Shown here one piece after another: positions 35,480 through 47,956 of a stretch of DNA of 64,000 bases (the first letter of the stretch is position 1; every line of letters begins with the position of its first letter). Location of the stretch: assembly GCF_041956535.1 (NCBI RefSeq), contig NW_027192206.1, forward strand, positions 461,488 to 525,487, in the 5' to 3' direction. The DNA is from Calcarisporiella thermophila CBS 279.70. Taxonomy: Eukaryota; Fungi; Calcarisporiellomycota. Both the position numbers and the translations under genes were made by a program. Under the pieces are notes generated by a model. The model searched no databases. It was not told the origin of the DNA and saw only the letters and a list, made by a program, of their open reading frames with translations.

Positions 35480-37520
35480 AAATGCCCCTCCATAGTATAC
35501 GTTTCCGAGTGTTCAACTAAACGACTTTAACCCGATTTTATTATAAGTGCTTTCCTTTTGTGTTTAGACATGCCGTCTTTTGATAAAATTCTAGCTTCAT
35601 CCACCGTTTTGACTCGAGCAAGCCCATTTTGCAAGTCTTCAATTTTAGGTTGATAGATTAATCTTACATGTAACAAAGGAATTTGTAGAAGTGAGATATT
35701 TATATCATTTTCAGCACTATAATAAATAGGATTCAGTCTTCATGGTGATAACGATTATTATACTTCCATATAATGAAAATACAATAATCGCCAAATCGCA
35801 AATCTAATTATTAGAATAGCGGCCTGTTCGGAATTGAATAGTTAGCTTTAATATAAACTTTCTCGTTAATGAAGACTATCGTGTGTAACATGTCAAGTGT
35901 TAACGCTTATCTTTCCATATTTTAGAGAACCCCTATTAATAGATTACTTATAAACGGAGGTGCAAGTGCTTGGATCATGCTACAGCTAGACAAGCTCCTT
36001 GTTACTTATCGATTACGAATTGAATTAAATGTTAGGACGGCATTATTCAAAACATGAGCTGTTGATACTTTACTTTAGAAGAACGCTTTTAAAGCTCTCC
36101 TTTTGGAATTATAGCATATAAATCAAATGATTTGGCTACAAGATAAAACGAAAGCGGTTGAGACCCTTATTTAACAGAATCGCAACTCTACATCCCACTC
36201 TATCCAAGAATCATAAGTGGAAATAGAGGAAAAATCATGAGGTAGGGAGGCAGAAATGCAGTTATTTCTTTGCATGTAGCGTTGATTGCATCATCAGAGC
36301 TGGTTTACTCTGATGTCAATCCAGGAAAGGAGTTTCATTTGATTAAAAATACAAATACGAGTGGAATATTAACATTGTTCGGGCAGGGGGTATTGGGAGA
36401 CATTCGAAAACCATTTTGCACAATTGATCGGGGTTGATAGCGATCCTCCTTGTACCGTTGAAGATGCAAAATATATGCATAAAATGCCGATAGATCCGAT
36501 CCGCTGTCGCTTCGATCAAAGCAAAGTTAGCATTCTTCTTGAACATGGCGCCAAGAAAGAAGATACTATTCAGAGAGTTGGACATTCTAGCCGACACTAC
36601 CGACGAGATGTAGGTGTAAGAAGCCTGGTAGACCGGTATATGAATTGCCACGTGATTATGCTTTAGCCTTCAAATCATAGTTTGCGGGGATTGATATTGA
36701 TAAAAAAATTTATACTTGAAGGGTATTGCACCGATTCCTTCGAATTTGACTCAGATAAGCTAGAGTTAATATTATACCCCCCCACGGAATCGAGATTGCG
36801 TTGACCGTCAACCACTTATGTACCAAATACTGGAGGGATATGGCCTTGAAAATCATCATCTAGAGTACTCCGATGTCTAGTAGGAATGAGTAAAACCCAT
36901 CTTAGGCTCAAATATTGCTACAATCACCGTGTCGATACAAGTTTGTGCTCTGGCTAAAAGACGACAGCTGGACCAATATAGTCGAATTGTTTTACAGAGT
37001 TGCGAGCATGTTGAAGTACAAAGGAGTAATAAAAGAGGAAAAGGGGAGCAAAGATGATTAAAAAATTAGTTGCGTCTTGGTTAGATATTCAAGGATTTGG
37101 GTGATTAAATCATTTCGAAAGAATCCAAAAACCAGAGAGAATATATTCTTATTTCGGACATATTAATATGTCCGAATGATATCAGTCGTGCATAAAGCTA
37201 GTTTGGAGACCTGTAATCCTGATGAAGTCGACAAACGGTAATCGCTTCTTTAACGATTTCTCTTCGCAATAATAGTCGTCAATCATAATAAGAATTAAAT
37301 TGATACCATAGATCCGAAATGACCGTTATTTAAAGTCTCAAGTAAATAGTCCACAGTAGCGTGCAGGTTAATTCTAGTTCCTGAAGAATGGTTTTTTTTA
37401 TTGTATAGTCGTCTAACCTGGAGGCATTTCTGGCAGGGCAATCTGAAGAGAAGATCAAGTGCATTTATATGAATAGATAGAGATCTATTAATAGAGGTGG
37501 ATGACTGCAACAACTCAGCG
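35480..37520. pseudogene. AT-rich interval with broken coding-like fragments (gene or TE relic)
   Basis: Short protein-like frames interrupted by stops and a frameshift near 36430. No intact ORF and no family identified. Confidence 0.3.
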
Positions 37521-37912
37521 CTAAATGTATCTTCCGATTCAACCAGGGACGGCTTTTGCTCTATTCATACGGCTTAATGAAACTTAATTAGAGAGTTCTT
37601 CCGTAAAACACTAATAAAACATGGGTTGGGCAAATAAGCATGTGTTTGAGGTTAGATTAAAACTGGTGATGGAGTCGCACTCATAGTTCTCCGTAGATTT
37701 CTATTGACAAAACTAAACTGCAGACTCGGAGACAAGATTGGCCAACTATCAATATGCGACTCATCCCAAAAACAAGGCCACTGGGAAAACATCATGGGGT
37801 TGTCAAGCCATTTTTGTCTCCTTATTCCGTCCCTTTATAGCCGATGGAATATAAAAAAAGTTTTTCCATATAGAGCAAACCAAGCTGGAGAACTCTGAAT
37901 TATTTGCTAGAT

Positions 37913-38331
37913 CCATGGAAGCTGATGACTCAATTCCATGGCTGTTTCGGGGCGCCCTCGACCGCGTTGGAGCGCCTTATCGCTGTATATTTTCCTACAA
38001 TGATCTCTTTCGGAACCAATCATATCCACATGGACCCCATATCTCGGCTGAGATCATGGTACGCCCATCCTTCGCCATTCGCATCTCGCAGCACGGGTGC
38101 GCATGTGTTGTTTTGCTTGCAATATTCCCTCTGTAGTCCTCCTCGGAGGCGAAATTGACGCAAGCATTCTATCTGCCTCGGGTTGCCACCGCACTGAGTT
38201 CCGTGACTTCGAATTTGGAGGATCAAATTCCATCTTGATTTTGCTGCCCATTCACAATGAATAAAGTTCAGATTCAATTATCTCGTAATAACGAGCCAAT
38301 AAAAATGGTTTCCTTTTTCATTCTTTATAAA
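37913..38331 (+). promoter_or_regulatory. MET17 promoter: Gcn4/CpcA site, bZIP-like site, CCAAT and TATA
   Basis: ATGACTCA 37925-37932; TTGACGCAA 38155-38163; CCAAT 38296-38300; TATAAA 38326-38331. Confidence 0.5.
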
Positions 38332-38459
38332 TGGGGGCCTTTCCGGAGTTTATTTATTTTTCTTCCCACTTAACCTTCTTTCTTCTTAATTCCTTAGGAG
38401 TCTTCCTCCACGGCAAGACCGTTTCCTCACCATCTGGTTCACCATAAAATACTCTTTAG

Positions 38460-40049
<1,590 letters not shown>

Positions 40050-40452
40050 ACAAATGAACTACAAAGCTAGAGAGGTGCCTTTGAAAATATATACATCTCT
40101 ACACAACTTCATACACAAACCCATATATATTTAATGCTTTTTTTTAGGATGCTTGGACTTTTACTGTTTACGTCTGTTTCTTTTTTATGTACTTTTCCCC
40201 TACCTGGTAACCCCTTCTATATCTATTCATTTTTATGGCTTTTTTTTGTGCTAGCTCTGAGAATGGAATGATAATTAAACATGACTTGTGACGTTTGCAT
40301 ATGACTTCGATCGGTCCCAATCTGCACCTTGTTCAAGGCCAAAATCTACTCTTTGTAGAAAATAGTTTCTTTTCCCTGTTCTAATTCGACATCGGTCCAC
40401 TCTAGAATTTGCCACTTGAAGAATGCTGGGATCGAGGCTTATATAATACAGA

Positions 40453-41954
40453 ATGACAAATAATGAGCCACACCTGTTAGCTTTCTTTAGTGGTAATCTA
40501 ACGGGCAATTGACTATGACTTTACTATTTTTGATAATGATCTTTCATTAATGAATAGAGTTGGATGATATACTGAAGCAACCATGTAATGAGAACAATAT
40601 TCAGCGTGTTGTAGACCAAAGTGTGGACTGTGCTGTTGCTGCTCATGGTACTAAAACTATATACTTAGGATTCTTCACTGTAGAATTTCACTAATGTTTA
40701 TCTCATTTTATTTATGGATAGATCAATTTCTCCAGTTGCCCCACGAACTAGCGGAATGTTGTTATCATTTTTTGGATTCACCATTGTGCCTTCATCACAA
40801 AGAACTGATGATGAAGCAAATTAGCCAAAGGGCTTTGGAAGTATGTTCTATGTATATGCCTTTAGTAAATGGGCTGAGTTTAACGGTAATTAACTGCGCG
40901 TTTTTCGGGTGGATAGAGTGAGAACAGTCGGGAACTTTGGGTAATGTATCATATCCTCATCCATGCTGGTCTTGAAGACCCACAAGTGTTTCGATGGATG
41001 AAAGCACAAGGGTATCTCTCACGCCTACATTATCAGGCGTTAAATCTTCAAGAAACTCGTTTACAGCTGCCGGTAATCCAGCTATTATACGAGGTCTGTC
41101 GGGTCCATCGCCTCACACGATCAGAACTAGAGATGATGAATCAGCATTTTATTGTCTACCTCCTCGAAATCGTCGAGCACACGAGGAACGATGAGATGGA
41201 GGAGTTGAACTTTTCGGTGACGAAACTCCTTCTTGCGCTCAATGAGCAATACATGCTTTTTCAGGCTTCAAGCGTTGCGTCGGAGAACGAGGATGAGGAG
41301 GAGGAGATCAACCCAATATTGGATGTGTTGGCCGCACGTCCGGGTAGATACAAGACATTCAGCGAGAGTCTCGTTTTTTTGCTCAATCGTGCTTCCGGTG
41401 AGGATCCCTCTCTCCAGGTGCTTATTCTCAAGCTCCTCTACCTGCTCTTTACGACCCCAGACACCTACGACTATTTTTACACCAACGATCTCCACGTCCT
41501 CGTGGACGTCGTCATCCGAGCCCTCCACGACTTGTCTGCAGAGGCTGAAAATCTTCGCTCTACCTATCTCCGCGTTCTGGGACCATTATTGGCAAACACA
41601 CCGTTGCGTAACTTATCCTATAAGCGCGAGGAGATTCGCCGGCTACTCGACGATCTGGTGAGCCCAGGAAAAAACTACGGAGGGATCGTGTCGGCGACGA
41701 CTCAGCGTCTCGTGGAGCGTGTGAGGAATGCCCTTGATGTAAGTGGACGTAGAATCTCTCCCTCAGGATCCATGGTTGGATTGGCCGAGGCGTCACGCAA
41801 GGTGCTGGTGAGAAGAACAACGAGCACTCATTTGTCCGTGCCAAAAGTAGTACTGCTACCCTCGGATACGAGTGCAAAGGACGAGGGTGCAGGAGCTGCT
41901 TCGGAGTTAGGGGGGTCAGATAATGGGAGGTATTCGAATTCACTTGTGGTGTAA
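40453..41954 (+). CDS. LDB17: SPIN90/Ldb17/Dip1 (DUF2013) Arp2/3 activator family, multi-exon
   Basis: LLLALNEQYM, KTFSESLVFLLNR, LILKLLYLLFT..TYDYFYTNDLHVLVDVVIR. First exon is tentative. Confidence 0.85.
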
Positions 41955-42513
41955 AGCGATGGCGAGTTCGACAGCGTGTTCTGCTACCCATCTAATGAAG
42001 CGAGTTTTTTCTTCTCTTTATTTTGTATTTAAGCATTTACCCTGTCTGAAACTTTATTGTAACTTTAATTGCTTATCCTTGTTCTTTGATTCGCCTTTTG
42101 TTTCCACTTCTATTTCTATATGCATTTATATCTTTTTTCGCAAAATCAGAGTACGCGCCCATCATTTAACCCCATTCATCCAAAGATCTCTCCTGCAAAG
42201 TTTGGACTACTCGGTACCAGACAAATTCGGGTGATAATTTAATTATGCAGCTAGGTAAAAGAAAAAAAAAATGGAGGTAGAAAAGTTCTACTTAAGGATA
42301 ATCAACACACATTTACATCTAAAGGGGATATAGTCGAGAAGAGGAATATAGTACCGAAACTCAACACAGTTAAAGTCAACGGTAAAGATAAGCAAATTTT
42401 AAAGTTCAAAAAGGTATTCGAAGTATCCAATAATAATGAAAATAACAACAATCATAACCATGATAACAACAACAAAATAATAAGTATGCTCAAGGTCTGG
42501 ATTAACCTTGTGA

Positions 42514-44198
42514 TCAACTTCCATATCGGTAATCTCTTCTCAGTAATCTCACCGTTTTCTCGGCCTTGGCCTTCTCATACATCTTTCGGACCCATCGCAT
42601 CAATCTATCCTCTTCGTAGCTCCTAGCCAGAAACTGGGACCCCAAGAATTCAAGCATCGCTTCTGAATTCCGTATTCTCATCAGACGCAGATACCGCAGT
42701 TTCAAGAGTGCTACCGCCACGAAGAACAGCACATCGAAGCCCTCCAGCATAAACACATCCCAGACACGAAGAAGCGTGGAATGTGGAACAACTCCTGCAA
42801 AAATGGTGATGAACCAACGCGTTGTATAAGCACTTGGTGTTATATTTAATTCACTCTAATAAATAATAAAGGATATAAAAAGAGAGGTCATTCAGGAGAC
42901 ATGGGTATCAGAAAAGTAGTTTTGGCATTACTAATCGGTTCGCCACCCTGGGAAGGTGGATTTTCAGAAGTCTTTCAAACACGTAATAACCCTCGATAAG
43001 TACCGGGAAGCCAGGAATGAGTAGATGGTGAAGATCGTATTTACGAAAGAGGTGAGTGAGCATTGCAAAGGCTCGCTATATATGAATATTTAGCCGTGAT
43101 GTGGTTGCTCATACATAAGGGTGACTTATTACCTCTTCGTCATAATAGAATAAAAGCACACACACTATAGATGATATACCTCGACAGTACCCAATCTCTG
43201 GATCAAAATTCGAGAAAGATTTTAATATCCTAGTCAAACTTTGCGTTATGTCTCGCTGTCTATATAGAAAAATTCATTATGAAAAATGTAGAAAAACTGT
43301 ATTAGACAAAAGGATCTATTTGGTCAAGGGTACACAAGCAGAAGAACTCACTCATTCCGGTGAACCTTTTGCGGATCTTCATACTGCCTCTTGCATTCCC
43401 TTAAGATATCTAATTCAATCTCGTGCTCGTGGCAGGAGGGAAATCGAAGCAACATCTGTTTCAAACAAAGAGATTAGGACGTTGAAGAGAAGATGGCTAG
43501 ATAGAGCTTACGTGATAGGTTCCAAACAATGCTATCTCAGCGTCCTCTGACTCGTCTTGCACCACCATATTCCACCAAGCTTCAGCTCTCCAACAATTCG
43601 GTATTCCCTTGTATACTCGCGACACAAACTTTTGCATTGACAGTTGAGTCGGAAACAAGAAGCTATGAGCTTGGAAGCCTTCATCAAGTGAATGCCCGGC
43701 CATGCTTTCCCATTTTCCGGCACGTCTTATTTCTCTATTGTGCATCCTGGTTCGCCACAGATTGAGATTCATCCCAACCCACGGCATCGCGACATAGGAG
43801 GAATTTGGAGTATGCGATTTTTCCGATCGAGATCCATCCTCCTCAATTTCACCTTTCCCCTCATTTTCTCGGCTGATTCCGTGCATCTCGCCCACTTCTG
43901 CACCACGATCTACATCGGCCGAGTAATCTATACATCCTTTCTCTGATTCATCACGAAAAAATGGATCTGGGGTTAAACTTGCAGGAGACACGGGCGGATC
44001 GACCCAAAGTAGAATGGAGGATGTGTGATCTCTGTTCAATTCGACACTCTCCCATGGAGACTGAGATGAAATCGAGATGGAACGGGCTGTGGAGCGGGAG
44101 GATGCGAGAGGGATTCGCGTAGGGGTGCTCTGCTGGAGAGAGCAGTAGAAGTTGGGCGTGAAGAGCGAAGTGCATGTTCGATGCAATGATGAGTCCAT
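42514..44198 (-). CDS. Rab-GAP TBC domain protein, multi-exon
   Basis: RVYKGIPNCWRAEAW, IELDILR, FDPEIGYCRG, YTTRWFITIF, TLLRVWDVFMLEG. Confidence 0.88.
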
Positions 44199-44636
44199 TG
44201 TTAGGATCAACAATGTATTCTAGCAGGTTTCAGGAGAAGCAGCAAAGGACCCGGTGGAAGGAAGATTGCTAAGAGGGGTATCCGAACAAAATGGGTAATG
44301 GGGACATAGAGATTGGCAAGCTATCGCATGTATTTCTTAGTCAAAGAGAAAATCTTAAAAATTTTGTACCATCTCAGTCACACTCCGCCTCACCAATATT
44401 ACTATATAAGAGTGAACCAGCAACTCGGGATCAAAACAAAAGATGGGAAAACAGAAATTTCCAAGGAACAAAAACGAAAAGAGATTGAAGGGCAAAAGGC
44501 GGGGGACAAGATATAAGTGCAGCGCATCAATTTAGAGGAATCAGCAAGGGAAGTAGAGGGGAAGGGGAAAAATGCAAGCCCCATGTATATATATTTATAT
44601 GAATGTCAGCTTTGCAGCTTAGAAATTGGGAAGTGC

Positions 44637-46641
44637 CTAGTGTTTATGGAAACAGTTGTTACAGCTGCCAGGCTTGAATAGATTCGCTTGATAGTCTTCG
44701 CAGCCACATTCACGACACGTGCTCGAACTGGCGCCTTGATCGCCCGGCTTGCCCACATTCACTCCCGTAAAATACCCACCCCGCGCCGCAGCTGCTACAG
44801 CCGCTCCCGGCGAAGGCGTTGACGTATACGATCTTGGGGTCCCCGGCAAGGCGACTGCATCGGCAAATGGTGACGACGCAGAATCCTCTACATACTCTAT
44901 GCCGGCATTTGACCTCTGGTTATGAGAGGAGCCTGTGGAGCTGATGCTGGTGGAAGAAGGCTTGCGCTCAGGTAAGGGGGGTCTAGAAATTTCCTCTGTG
45001 TAATTGACTGGAAACATCCCCGCGCGCCGCGTTCCGCCTGACGTAATTTCACCCACCCACCAACCGTCGTCAATCTTCTCGAGCACTGTGATGACGTCGC
45101 CCCTTTTCATGGAGAGTTCCTCCTCACTCTCGCCCTGGAAGTCGTATGTCGCACGCACTTGAGCTTTTTGAGGGGCGGGTCGGGGAGGGGCGGGGGCGGC
45201 TAAAAATGCAGAGGCCAAAATATTTATGTCCAGACCAACGAGGGCCTCAAGAGATTACAAATACTTACATCGCGCTGTAGGAGGAGGAGGGGCCGGCCTC
45301 CTGTCCACTGTCACGCCACCTCCAGTAGGCGTTAGGCTTCTCGCGGTGGGTGAGGGGGTAGTCAGCTCTCTACTCGATGCACGCTCCATAGTTTTACCCG
45401 CAAACAGAGAGCGTGATCGGCCCAAGGTTGAGTCATTAGCACTGTCGAGCGAAGTTTCGCTGTTGTTGCGTGACGAAGCTGGACGAGATGACTCGTCGGT
45501 AGCGCGGCGAGCGAGTATATTGGGCGCAGAAGGTGTCCGTGAGAGAGGGGCCACGGATTCACGCGTTTGAGCCCTAAATGCAAACCATCTCTTTAGTCTA
45601 GCCTTAAACCAATCTTTTCGCAGCCAAAGCGAATTGCATACGGTTCTCCCCAGGATTCGCTCACAGAGCGCATTATCTCTTCACTCTGTCGAAAGTACTC
45701 GAGCTGCGCTTGCATAAAACCAACAAGCTGTCTTTGATGCTCTTCCTCTGCTTCGAGAATCGCAACCATTTTTTCACGGCACTGAGCTTCGGTTTCCTCG
45801 AACTTGTGTCGAGCTTGCATGACTTCCTCCTCAAGCTCGGGTTTTTCTTTCTTTGCTTTTTGAAGTCGGCCCAACTTGCCATCATAGTCGAGCCGCCGCG
45901 ACTCCAATTTCTTTCTAATTTGCTAAAAAAAAAAAAACATAGCGCAGAACAACAGAAGGCATCAGCAAGGTTTCTTGGATCCAAAGCGAAAAGATAGTCT
46001 ACCTGGTACTCTTTTATTTCAGCGTAGGTTCTGTCCAATGATGCGAGGAACCCCTCTTTCACATTGGTAATGAACTCCATCTGAGCCAAGCCAAGTCGCT
46101 CTTGTGCTTCTCCGAAATGCTTTAATGTGTTGGCTAAGTGATTACCGCAAAAGTGAAAAAAGGATCTTTCCATTGCTAAAAATAGATTCTGATGCTTACT
46201 ATAGGGAGATTCAGGGAGAGCGAAACCGCATGCAATCATCGATGCTCCCATTGCCTCGATGGGCATCGCCTTGTCACGTTTATCCTCGATGGTCTCCTTT
46301 TTTTTCCCTAGGGTCCTTAAGTAGAGTGAGACCGCGCTGTGCAATTTTTCGACACATTCACGGACGCGCTCGGTCTCCTGCTCCAAGTGCTTGAAGTCAT
46401 CGCTAGCATGAGAATGACGCAACCAATCCAAAAAGCAATCCAAAAGTAATCATCAGCCTAAAAGAAAGGAAATCGTGCCGAAAAGACACAAACCTGTGAT
46501 GGGTAGCTTTTGCCTGGCCTAGTTTTTCACCCGTCCACTAGATTTATAGGAGAGAGAAACCATGGTTAGGAGGGAAAATACAACAGGCGACAAGTCTCTT
46601 GCAAAACTTGCCTGCTTTAGCTTGTTAATATTCTTAATCAT
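44637..46641 (-). CDS. N-BAR + SH3 (endophilin-like) protein with C-terminal Cys/His motif; first intron is GC-AG
   Basis: MIKNINKLKQ|WTGEKLG, LESRRLDYD, QLVGFMQAQLEYF; SH3 VRATYDF..EELS..DDGWW..GMFPVNY. Confidence 0.9.
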
Positions 46642-47956
46642 CTTCTAGTAGGGAGATTGGCAAGAATCTTCTGGGATAAAGGAAAGATTCGCTGCGAACA
46701 AAGAATGTAAAATTAAGATAGCTGTACAAAATGGGAAAGCCTAAAGTAAAATTGCCAATCCGTAATTGGCAATTGGGATCAACTTGTTAAGGAGGGATTC
46801 GATTTTCCCTATTTTCGTTATCCAAAAAGATCGAGCGCGTTGGAACCACCAGAGGGGCTCCTGCCGCTGTGGAGCTTTTGAAATTCTAAAATAATTTTCA
46901 CCAGAAACAGGGTGTAACCATAAAGAGTCGGGGCACACTTCCTTGAGCTTTTTAGAGGGTTAATGATGAGAAGGTTAGATGAGATAGGATCAAGTCCCAG
47001 AAAGTAGAATGAAAAGAGCTTCGTAATTCTCCAATAATTTCTGGCTTTGGAGTTGATCGGGTGCTCGTAACAGACCCAATCTCCTTTATCAGCTGGTTAG
47101 GCTCTAGCTCTCCGGCATTACACACGAGCTATGGAGCGGTATGCAGGGCATGTTGGCTAATTGCAGGTGACATACGCTGTAGGTTTAGCGATGCCTATTG
47201 TGTCTAGTTAGAGAAAAAGGCGTAGTTAATATTGGTTTATGATCATCCTTTCATATTCAGAGAGCTATTTAACCTTTCTTTTCTCTAATGTAAGCAAATA
47301 TTTCTAGCGCTTATAAACACTACTAGGTATCTGCCCGAGATTAATCGTAGAAGTGCAGAGATACACTTGATGGGGAGATGCTCAACATGGTAAGGGCACC
47401 GGGATAAATCGAGGCTGGCTTGAGCTTGAATTAGTGATGTATAGATTGGCTTTACTCATATGCATATGGAGTATATTTAAAAGCCCATATATGCATATAC
47501 CCTGACTTGCCACCAACTCACATTTATTTAAAGGGTTGCGAGTTGAGATTTTGCACGCGATGCAGTGGTACATGAGAACTCGATTTATGGAACAGGATCG
47601 AAAATACACCGTTAAATTTGCATGCAAGTAAAGCAAACTACGATACAGAAGTATCCAGTCGAATGGATTTGTCATAATGCTTTACTCTATTTGTGTGTGT
47701 ACACATTGACGGGATCCAACGTGATGCTAGATGATTGTAAAGGCTTGCAGCCAAAGTATCTGAGCTTTATTGATCCTCTGCCACTAGTGGCTTATGACAA
47801 AAGAACAATCTATTGTAATTCTACGACTCGAGTACCATATTAATAAATGTTCGTCAACCCTTACCCAAAAGTATTAGCATTTTACATCCGTAAAAAAGAA
47901 TTCATCAGGCATTTTCCCCCTCTCTACATTTATACATTAATATAGCCTTCAAAGCC

